Shown here piece by piece: positions 1 to 7,911 of a stretch of DNA of 64,000 nt (its first letter is position 1; the number at the start of each line of letters is the position of its first letter). Below the pieces are notes generated by a model that saw nothing but the letters and a program-made list of their open reading frames with translations, made no database searches and was not told the DNA's origin. A program made the translations under genes and the position numbers. This stretch comes from Isoptericola halotolerans (GTDB lineage Bacteria > Actinomycetota > Actinomycetes > Actinomycetales > Cellulomonadaceae). The stretch covers positions 248,001 to 312,000 of the forward strand of contig NZ_JABEZU010000004.1 in assembly GCF_013149785.1 (NCBI RefSeq), in the 5' to 3' direction.

Positions 1-1637
1 GGATCTGGCAGCTCTGCGAGCAGAGCTCGTGGTGCTGGCCCGCGCACGACGACACCCGCGCCCGCCACGGCTCCGTGCTGGCCACCGTCACCGACCCCTT
101 CCTCGACCTCGGCGCCGGCGAGGTCGCCGCCCAGCTCGCCTGGGCCGACCACGTGCTCGCCGACCCGCTCGACGAGCGCTACCCCGGGCTGCGCCAGCGC
201 GTCCGCCACGAGGTCCGGACCCGCGTCGTCGACCCGTTCCTGCGCCGCCGCGACTGGCACTGGCTCGGCCTCGACGGGCACGTGCACAACTGGAACCCGT
301 GGATCCACGGCAACGTGCTCGTCGCCGGGCTCCGGCTGCTCGACGGCGCCGACGAGGCTGCCGACCGGGCCCGCGTCGTCGACCTCTGCGTCCAGGGCAT
401 CGACCGCTACGTCGCCGCCCTGCCGGTCGACGGCGCGATCGACGAGGGGTACGGGTACTGGTGGAACGGCGCGTGCCGCGCCCTGGAGGCCCTCGACGTC
501 CTACGGCACGCCACCGGCGGCGCCCTCGACGCCCTCGACCCCGCCGTCGTCCCGCCCGCCCTGCGCGAGACCGTCGCGTTCCCGCACCGCATGCACCTCG
601 GTGGCGACTGGTACCTCAGCGTCGCCGACGCGCAGGCCCGCACCACCGCCGTCCAGCCCTGGCACGCCCTGCACCGCGCGGCCCGGGCGGTGGGGGACGA
701 CGACGCCGCGGCCTACGCGGTCGCCCAGGCGGGCACGGGTGCGCCGTCCGTCCCGGGTGCGCTGTCCGGCACGGTCGCGCAGGAGGACGCGGGGCTGGGC
801 CGCCTGCTGCGTTGCGTGACCGACACCCGCTGGCACGCCGCGCTCGACGCCGGCGCCACCGCCCCGCTCCCCCGGTCGTCCTGGTGGGCGTCCACCCAGG
901 TGCTCGTCGTCCGTGAGCGCCCCGGGAGCGCCGACGGCCTGGCCCTGTCGGTCAAGGGCGGCCACAACGGCGAGGCCCACAACCACAACGACGTCGGCTC
1001 GGTGACGGTCGCCAGCGACGGCGTGCCCGTGGTGGTCGACGCGGGACGCCCCACCTACACGGCGCAGACGTTCGGCCCCGACCGGTACGACATCTGGACC
1101 ATGCAGTCCTCCTGGCACTGCGTGCCGGAGGTCGCCGGGACGGCGCAGGGTGTGGGGGAGGAGTTCCGGGCGCGCGACGTCGAGCTGCTCGACGACCCGG
1201 CCGGCGACCCGCACGGGCTGGCGATGGACCTCGCCGCCGCCTACCTGGTGCCCGGCCTGCGCCGGTGGCGCCGCAGCGCCCGCCTCGATCGGTCCGGCGA
1301 CGGCACGCGGGTCGTGATCGACGACGCCTGGGACCTCGGGGACACCGGCGCGCCGACGACGGTGCGGTTCCTGCTGGCGGGCGACGTCACGCTCGGTCCC
1401 GGTTCCGCGACCGTCAGGCCCCTGGACGGCGCCGCACCGGTCCGCCTGGAGTGGCCCGCGGGCGCCCGGGCCTCGCTGACCGTCCGGCCCCTCGACGACC
1501 CGCTGCTCAGCGACGTCTGGGGCGAACGCCTGACCCGGCTCGACCTCGACGTCTCGGACCGGCGCGAGGCGCGGGTGGTCATCACCCGCGAGCACGCCGC
1601 CCGGTCGACGACCACCTCGACGAAGGAGACCTTGTGA
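1..1637 (+). CDS. Heparinase II/III family protein (5' end outside window)
   Basis: Frame open from the window edge (IWQLCEQSSWCWPAHD); motifs NWNPW, EGYGYW, KGGHNGEAHNHNDVGS, DAGRPTY. Confidence 0.8.
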   Translation, partial: IWQLCEQSSWCWPAHDDTRARHGSVLATVTDPFLDLGAGEVAAQLAWADHVLADPLDERYPGLRQRVRHEVRTRVVDPFLRRRDWHWLGLDGHVHNWNPWIHGNVLVAGLRLLDGADEAADRARVVDLCVQGIDRYVAALPVDGAIDEGYGYWWNGACRALEALDVLRHATGGALDALDPAVVPPALRETVAFPHRMHLGGDWYLSVADAQARTTAVQPWHALHRAARAVGDDDAAAYAVAQAGTGAPSVPGALSGTVAQEDAGLGRLLRCVTDTRWHAALDAGATAPLPRSSWWASTQVLVVRERPGSADGLALSVKGGHNGEAHNHNDVGSVTVASDGVPVVVDAGRPTYTAQTFGPDRYDIWTMQSSWHCVPEVAGTAQGVGEEFRARDVELLDDPAGDPHGLAMDLAAAYLVPGLRRWRRSARLDRSGDGTRVVIDDAWDLGDTGAPTTVRFLLAGDVTLGPGSATVRPLDGAAPVRLEWPAGARASLTVRPLDDPLLSDVWGERLTRLDLDVSDRREARVVITREHAARSTTTSTKETL

Positions 1638-2740
1638 GCACCGAGAGCCCGCGCTCGCCGCTGCCCGCCGAACGACGTTCCCACCTGCTGCGCGTCCTGG
1701 AGCGTGACGGGGTGGTCCGCGTCGCCGACCTGACGGCCGAGCTGGAGGTCACCGCGGTGACCGTCCGCCGGGACATCGCCCAGCTCGAGCAGGAAGGGCT
1801 GCTGACCAGGGTGCACGGCGGCGCCGTCCCGGCCGACCCTGCGCGCGGGCTCCAGGGCCACGCGTCGGCCGCACCGCACGACGCCGCCGAGGCGATCGGG
1901 GTGCTCGTCCCCTCCCTGGACTACTACTGGCCCGGCGTCGTGCGCGGCATGGAGGCCGAGGCACGCAAGCACGGCCTGCGGATCGTCCTGCGCGGGTCGT
2001 CGTACGACACGACCGACGAGCGGCCCGCCCTGCGTCGCCTCGTCGACACCGACGGGGTGCGCGGGATCATCTGCGCCCCGCGCATCGACGGCTCGCATGC
2101 GCAGGACGTCGCCGAGTGGCTCGCCGCCGCCGACGTGCCGCACGTCCTCGTCGAGCGCGAGGCGGCCCGTGCCCCGCACCGGGACGCCCTGGAGGCGGTC
2201 GTCTCGGACCACGCCCTCGGGGCCCTCATGGCCGTCCACCACCTCGCCGACCAGGGCCACCGCCGGGTCGGCCTCGTGCTGTCGCGAGAGTCCCCGACGT
2301 CACGGAAGATCGCGGCGGGCTGGCGCGCCGCGTGCAACGACCTTGGGCTGACCAGCGACGAACACTTCGAGCGGCTCGCGCCGGACCGGAGCCGCCCCGA
2401 GTTCTCCGGCGTCATCGACGAGGTCATCTCGACAGCCCTCAGCTCCGGGACCACCGGCCTGCTGGTGCACTCCGACCCGGAGGCCTCCGCCGTCGCGCAG
2501 GGCGCCATGGACCGCGGGCTCGACGTGCCGGGCGACCTGTCCGTCGTGGCCTACGACGACGAGGTCGCGAACCTCTTCAGCCCGGCGATGACGGCAGTCC
2601 GCCCGCCGCGCGACGCCGTGGGCCACGCGGCCGTCGACCTGCTGGTCAAGCGCATCGCCGACCCGTCGCGGCCGGTGCACCGCATGGCGATCAGCCCGCG
2701 GCTCATGGTCCGCGAGTCCACCGGGCCGGCTCCCGGCTAA
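1634..2740 (+). CDS. Regulator with DeoR-type HTH fused to a LacI-type sugar-binding domain
   Basis: GTG overlaps upstream TGA, RBS AAGGAG; ERR..L...VTVRRDIAQLE...RVHGGA HTH; VPGDLSVVAYDD LacI C-terminal motif. Confidence 0.85.
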   Translation: MSTESPRSPLPAERRSHLLRVLERDGVVRVADLTAELEVTAVTVRRDIAQLEQEGLLTRVHGGAVPADPARGLQGHASAAPHDAAEAIGVLVPSLDYYWPGVVRGMEAEARKHGLRIVLRGSSYDTTDERPALRRLVDTDGVRGIICAPRIDGSHAQDVAEWLAAADVPHVLVEREAARAPHRDALEAVVSDHALGALMAVHHLADQGHRRVGLVLSRESPTSRKIAAGWRAACNDLGLTSDEHFERLAPDRSRPEFSGVIDEVISTALSSGTTGLLVHSDPEASAVAQGAMDRGLDVPGDLSVVAYDDEVANLFSPAMTAVRPPRDAVGHAAVDLLVKRIADPSRPVHRMAISPRLMVRESTGPAPG

Positions 2741-2904
2741 GCAGTGAGTCCGCTTGTCCGCGCTCGCACCTTCATCGCAGGCGCGGTCATGTACGTATCG
2801 GCGAGCCGGGTGCCGAGTCGGGCGTGGTGTCGTTGCGCAGACGCGACAAGTCTCATGCGAGTACGTCGCTTGCGACGGCAGGCGATAGCGCCAGCAAACT
2901 GTCT

Positions 2905-3018
2905 TCATGGAACAGAGCGGAACCACATCCGGGCAAGAGCGTCGAGAATCCACCAACCTAGAGCAAGGATCGCCGCAATAACTACAACGATGAGAAGGAT
3001 GCGATACGCAATCTTCAT
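2905..3018 (-). CDS. Putative 37-aa single-transmembrane small protein
   Basis: Hand translation MKIAYRILLIVVVIAAILALGWWILDALARMWFRSVP; GGTAGG upstream; lies in a lower-GC patch. Confidence 0.4.
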   Translation of the reverse strand: MKIAYRILLIVVVIAAILALGWWILDALARMWFRSVP

Positions 3019-3287
3019 CTTGGCCTACCACCGGGCATAAGATGCTCACTTCCTATAAATCTCAGAACGGCACCCAAAAAAAGCTTCACGTCGGCAATCT
3101 CAGCAGTGCAGGTATAGATCGGCACTTCGCCGATCCGGTGGGGCGCAGCCGAGGTCCCCGCTGATCGGAAGCGACCAAGCAAATTGATCCGCTTCGAGCG
3201 CCCCGACGTTGCCCAACGTTACGGGGCGCGCTGAGCGCGCGCCAGCGACGAGAAGGAGTACCAGGACCGGCACCAGACGAAGGGCTT

Positions 3288-3332
3288 AAGGGCCCGGCCC
3301 CGCGACCGTGGCGGTCGCGAGGCCGGGCCCTT
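3288..3332 (-). terminator. Long GC-rich hairpin downstream of the WxL-like gene
   Basis: AAGGGCCCGGCC-CGCGACC...GGTCGCG-GGCCGGGCCCTT inverted repeat. Confidence 0.75.
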
Positions 3333-3350
3333 GTGGACGTCAGGCGGGGC

Positions 3351-3968
3351 TCAGCCCTCGAACAGCGAGAGCGTCAGGGTGGACGAGTAGTCACCCGCCG
3401 GGGTGTCGGTGGGCACCCGCAGCGTGAGGTCCGCCTCGACGCCCCACGTGCCGGGCTCCGAGGCCCACGTCGAGACCAGCAGCTCCTGGCCCTGCAGGCC
3501 GACGGCGTCGGCACCCGAGCCGTCGGCGATCACCGAGGACACCGGCTCGCCGGCCGCCACGTCGCCACCCGGACCGGCCACCAGCCGCGGCGTCCACCCC
3601 AGGTACTCCGCGCCGAACGCGTCGGCCCCGTCCGACGTGAAGTCGGCCGCCTGCCCCACCACGGCCCAGTAGGAGCCCTCGGGGACCTGCTCGGCGGACC
3701 GGGTGTCGCTCACCGTCACCGTGGGCAGCGCCCCGGTGAACTGGCGGGCGTCGTCGTCCGAGCCGTCCTCGGCCAGCTCCACGGCGTCGTGCGCCGCGAC
3801 CGACATCGCCAGTGTCCCGGGCGGCGACAGGTCCTCGATCGTGACCGACAGGTCCACGCCGTCGGAGTCGTCGTCCCCGGCGGCCGCGCTCGCGAGCCCG
3901 ACCACCCCGGCCATCGCCAGGACGCTCACGCCGACGGCCATCCGCCGGGCGCCTGCATTCTTGTCCAT
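3351..3968 (-). CDS. Secreted WxL-like cell-surface protein
   Basis: Signal peptide; VTVSDTR...YWAV, LGWTP and terminal YSSTLTLSLFE resemble WxL domain motifs; DUF916 gene in the same cluster. Confidence 0.65.
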   Translation of the reverse strand: MDKNAGARRMAVGVSVLAMAGVVGLASAAAGDDDSDGVDLSVTIEDLSPPGTLAMSVAAHDAVELAEDGSDDDARQFTGALPTVTVSDTRSAEQVPEGSYWAVVGQAADFTSDGADAFGAEYLGWTPRLVAGPGGDVAAGEPVSSVIADGSGADAVGLQGQELLVSTWASEPGTWGVEADLTLRVPTDTPAGDYSSTLTLSLFEG

Positions 3969-3996
3969 CTCGTCCTTCTTCCTCGTCGAAGCTCGG

Positions 3997-4025
3997 GCCC
4001 GGGGGGCCGTGCCGGCCCCCCGGGC
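3997..4025. repeat. Perfect 13-bp intergenic stem-loop
   Basis: GCCCGGGGGGCCG-TGC-CGGCCCCCCGGGC. Confidence 0.85.
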
Positions 4026-4031
4026 GTGGGT

Positions 4032-7000
4032 TCAGGAGCAGTCGGCCGCCTCGTGGTCCGCGTCGACCTCGACCGAGCGGCCGGCGTCGTCCGTGGCCGT
4101 GACCGACACGGACCCGGCGTCCACCTGGGCGGACCGGGTGGCGAACGACTGGTACCCGCTGTCACCCGGCTCCACCCCGGTGACCTCCCGGCTGCCGAAC
4201 GCCGTCTCCAGCAGCAGGTCGACCGGGCCGTCGGACTCGTTGACCGCCCGGACGGCCACCATCACGCGCTTGCCCACGCACCGCGGCTCGGCCGACACCG
4301 AGACCGTCGGGCCGGCCTGGGGCTCGCCCGCCACGGCGAGCCAGCTCAGCACCGGCGCCTCGGTGCCGCCGTCGGCCGCGACGCTGAACGTCACCACGGC
4401 GTCCTCGGGGAGGTCGAGCGTCCCGCTGATCACGGCGGACCGACCGTTGCTGCCGTTCGGGAACGAGGCCGTGCCGAGCGGGACCGTCTGCTCGTCGCCG
4501 CCGGCCGTCGTCCAGGTGACCGAGGTCGCCAGGTCCCGCGACCGTCCGCTGCCCGGGTTCCACCACTCGGTGTGGCCGGACGAGACCTCGTAGCTGCCGG
4601 CGTCCAGGCTGAGCCGGTACTCGATCGCCTGGCCCGTGCCCGAGGAGTAGTAGCCGGTCTCGCGCGTCTTGTCATACGGGCTGGTGCCGACCGGTGCCTT
4701 GACCCCGTAGGACGCGACCCGGCCCCAGCCGGCGTCGGCCGACCACGCGGCGTCGGCCTGGTCGTTGAGCAGCCCCCCGCCGGTGGCGGCGGCGTGGTCG
4801 CGGACGGCCTCGTAGGCCTCGGCCGTGGGGACCAGCGGCGCCGCGGCGTCGACGAAGTAGACGACGCCCTCGGGAACGACCTCGACCACGGTCGAGACGC
4901 GCAACGACGGGTCGTTCACGAACGTGCCCTGCACGGTGACCATCGCATACGCCGTGTCGAAGTCGGCCGGTCGGACCAGCCAGTCGACCTCCGCGTCGAT
5001 GGTCGTGCCGGCAGCGCTCGTCGCCCGGACGGTCTCGGGCAGCCCCACGGCCTGGCCCGCCACGACGACGGAGCGGGCCACCGGCTCGGCGACCGCGACG
5101 GGCCGCTCCTCGTCCGGCACCTCGGGCACCTCGGCGCCCCCGGTGAGCAGGTCCACGCCGTCGAGCCCGAGGGTGCCGGACACCACCCGTACCGTCACGG
5201 TGTGCTCGCCCTGCGGCAGGCCGCGCAGCCAGTAGGACGTCTGCCGTGCCCCGGTGGCACCCACCTGCTCGGTCCGCGGGGCACGGTCGTCCACCTGGAC
5301 CTCGATGGTAGCCTGACCGGTCTCGCCGTACAGGTCGAACCCGGTGCCGTCGAGGTCGAACCGGACGGACTGGCCGGTCGCGACCAGGTGCCGGGTGCGG
5401 TTGTCGTGGGCGAAGCCCGACTGGCTGAAGGTGGCACCGTCGGGGTACTCGATGCGCGGGTCGGAGTCGTCGATCTTCTCCGAGGCCCAGGCATACCCGT
5501 CGATCGGGGTGACCTCGAGGTCGTCGTACCGCGTGTTGTAGTACCCGCTGACCAGCGAGATCCGACCGGTCATCACGGGGTTGGCGCCGGCGTCGACGTA
5601 GGTGGCGAGCTCCTCGCCGTCCACCGAGGCCGTGATGACGTTCTCGCGCGCCTCGACGCTCAGCGTGTGCCAGGACTCGGGGTCGAAGTCCTCGATGACC
5701 CCCTCCGCCACGGGCACGTCGAGCCGACGCAGCTGCCAGGAGCCGTCGTCGTGCACGTGCGCCGCGTAGGTCGCCTGGTCGCCGCCGCGGGCGTACAGCT
5801 GGCGGACGCCGAGCCCGGCGAAGTTGTCGAGGCCCGGGTCGCGCTCGACGAGATCGAGCCGGAAGTCGACCGACGCGGTGTAGTTGGCCCAGCGGTGCTC
5901 CCCGAGCACGGTCGTCGGCGCCGCCGTCGACGGGTTGTCCTGCGTGCCGTCACCCCAGACGTTCCACGTGAAACCCCTGTTCTCGGCGTGGTTCTGCTGC
6001 TGCAGCACGTTGCCCCGTGCACCGGAGGTCTCGACGACCTCGAAGGCCCCGTTCTGGTCCGCCGTGTAGCGCGCCGCCCCGCCCCGCCGTTCGACGTAGG
6101 ACATCTCGGTGCCACCGACCACGGTGGTCGGGTAGTCGCTGTACTCGAAGTCGTCGCCGTAGGGCAGGGCGAGGATCTCGTCCTGCGCCTCGGGCGCGAA
6201 GTCGCCGGGCGTGTACTCCTCGGTGACGCCGCGCACCCCGTTCTCCAGGGTCGAGAGCGTGAGGATCGAGTACGGCTCCACGTGCACCCGGTAGACGTGG
6301 TGATCGGTGCCCTCGATCGTCTCCGAGCGCACCGGGTCGAGCCCGCCGACCTGCTGGAAGTGGTTCGCGTCGTACACCTGGCCGTCGTCCGGCCCGCGGG
6401 TCTGCCAGGCGTGCAGGGTGCGCGCCTCGCCGAGGTTGGCCACCTTCACCTCGAACCACCGGTCGTCGGCGGTGTTGTTGGCGTGCACCTGGCTGAAGTC
6501 CGGTGCGCCGTCGTCGGCGGCCGGGGTCCGCGCGGTCATCACGGTCCGGGTGGAGGTGTCGACGAGCGTGCCGCCGTCGCCCTTGGTGCCGTCGCCGCGG
6601 GTGGCGCCCTCGATGTACTCCCAGCCGTGGTCGATGAACTGGTGGAAGTGCCGCACGGTGCTGATGCCGATGCCGCCCTCCCAGTAGCCGGACCACGGGT
6701 CGGAGGCCCGGATCAGGTGCTTGGGCGAGTACTGGGTGCCCTCGTACATGGCGCTCACGGCCGGCTGGAACAGGAACGTCGTCATGTAGCCGGGGTGCTC
6801 CCCGGCGCCGTCCCAGCGGTAGGCGTTGATGAAGCGGTCGGCGATGTCGGCGGCGCTGGTGGCCCCGCCGACGCCGCCGCGCTCGGGCTCGGCGTGCAGC
6901 CGGTACTGCGGGTCGATCATGGGGGCGATCGCCTCGGAGTACAGGATCTGCATCCCGTGCTCCTTGTTGAGCGCGGTGACGTTGGGCCCGCCGACGATGT

Positions 7001-7883
7001 CGTAGTGGTAGCCGAGGGCGTCCACGTGGTCGAGCGCCTCCGGGTGGTTGAGGATCCGCCCGGCGATGGCGTCCCCCTCACGGTAGGAGTCCAGCGCCAC
7101 GATCTTGATGTCGCGGTAGTCGAAGCGGGCGTCCTCGGCCTGCGCGTCGCGCTCGAGCCACTGGGCGAACTGCACCGTCCAGTCCAGCTCGGCAGCCTGC
7201 CACGAGCCACCGCGCACCTCGTTCTGCGAGGGGCTGACCCAGTCGAGCTCGACCCCGAAGGTGTCGTACGCGGCGTCGATCGTCTCCTTGTACCACTGGT
7301 ACCGCTTGACCGGGTCGGTACCCGTCCAGGAGGGCTCGCCCCAGCGCAGCACCTCGGTCTCGATGTCCGGGTTGATGGTCAGCGCGTCGGCGATGAAGTG
7401 GAAGCCCGCCCCGCGCAGCACGTTGGCCGGCTCGTCCTCGGTGCGCTTGGTGGCCGGCTCGGTCCCCGAGGAGGTGTTGGTGTCGCTGCCCAGCTCGGCC
7501 TTGATGTGCATCAGGCCCGCGCCCTCGTCGGGGTCGAACAGCAGGTGCATGATCCGCCAGTAGGCGTCCGGGTTCTCCTCCTTGTAGTCGAGCAGGAGAT
7601 TGCCGGTGTTGTTGCAGTTCACGGCGCCGAAGCCGCCGAAGGTGTTGAACGCGGTCCCGTCGTCGCGGCGGTCGACGTCCTCGCCGTCCACGACGATCTC
7701 GCGCCAGTCGATGCTGGGGTCATCAAGATCGACGGCGGTCGATGCCGTCGCGGGTGCCGGGAGGGCGGTCGCCGTGAGCGGGGCGAGCGCCCCACCGACG
7801 ACGAGCGCCGCCGTCGTCGTGAGCGCTGCCAGGGTCCGCGGGCGTCGCCCACGGCGAGGAGGTGCGGTACTCGGTGGTGTCAT
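4032..7883 (-). CDS. Secreted GH59-like (galactocerebrosidase family) glycoside hydrolase with lectin/Ig-like modules and a Cys-bracketed C-terminal domain
   Basis: Signal peptide; GFGAV..NN...LLLDY, KAELGSDTNTSSGTEPAT, LRWGEP, QNE, YSE motifs; start placed at ATG 7883. Confidence 0.75.
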   Translation of the reverse strand: MTPPSTAPPRRGRRPRTLAALTTTAALVVGGALAPLTATALPAPATASTAVDLDDPSIDWREIVVDGEDVDRRDDGTAFNTFGGFGAVNCNNTGNLLLDYKEENPDAYWRIMHLLFDPDEGAGLMHIKAELGSDTNTSSGTEPATKRTEDEPANVLRGAGFHFIADALTINPDIETEVLRWGEPSWTGTDPVKRYQWYKETIDAAYDTFGVELDWVSPSQNEVRGGSWQAAELDWTVQFAQWLERDAQAEDARFDYRDIKIVALDSYREGDAIAGRILNHPEALDHVDALGYHYDIVGGPNVTALNKEHGMQILYSEAIAPMIDPQYRLHAEPERGGVGGATSAADIADRFINAYRWDGAGEHPGYMTTFLFQPAVSAMYEGTQYSPKHLIRASDPWSGYWEGGIGISTVRHFHQFIDHGWEYIEGATRGDGTKGDGGTLVDTSTRTVMTARTPAADDGAPDFSQVHANNTADDRWFEVKVANLGEARTLHAWQTRGPDDGQVYDANHFQQVGGLDPVRSETIEGTDHHVYRVHVEPYSILTLSTLENGVRGVTEEYTPGDFAPEAQDEILALPYGDDFEYSDYPTTVVGGTEMSYVERRGGAARYTADQNGAFEVVETSGARGNVLQQQNHAENRGFTWNVWGDGTQDNPSTAAPTTVLGEHRWANYTASVDFRLDLVERDPGLDNFAGLGVRQLYARGGDQATYAAHVHDDGSWQLRRLDVPVAEGVIEDFDPESWHTLSVEARENVITASVDGEELATYVDAGANPVMTGRISLVSGYYNTRYDDLEVTPIDGYAWASEKIDDSDPRIEYPDGATFSQSGFAHDNRTRHLVATGQSVRFDLDGTGFDLYGETGQATIEVQVDDRAPRTEQVGATGARQTSYWLRGLPQGEHTVTVRVVSGTLGLDGVDLLTGGAEVPEVPDEERPVAVAEPVARSVVVAGQAVGLPETVRATSAAGTTIDAEVDWLVRPADFDTAYAMVTVQGTFVNDPSLRVSTVVEVVPEGVVYFVDAAAPLVPTAEAYEAVRDHAAATGGGLLNDQADAAWSADAGWGRVASYGVKAPVGTSPYDKTRETGYYSSGTGQAIEYRLSLDAGSYEVSSGHTEWWNPGSGRSRDLATSVTWTTAGGDEQTVPLGTASFPNGSNGRSAVISGTLDLPEDAVVTFSVAADGGTEAPVLSWLAVAGEPQAGPTVSVSAEPRCVGKRVMVAVRAVNESDGPVDLLLETAFGSREVTGVEPGDSGYQSFATRSAQVDAGSVSVTATDDAGRSVEVDADHEAADCS

Positions 7884-7911
7884 CGCTGATCCTGTCGTCG
7901 TCGACGGGGGG

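Noticed and set aside
3333..7889. 1518-aa plus-strand ORF and other long antisense or alternate-frame ORFs (e.g. 16846-19200, 22079-24268, 47162-49951)
   Set aside because: Shadow ORFs of real high-GC genes; Arg/Gly/Val-rich with no recognisable motifs
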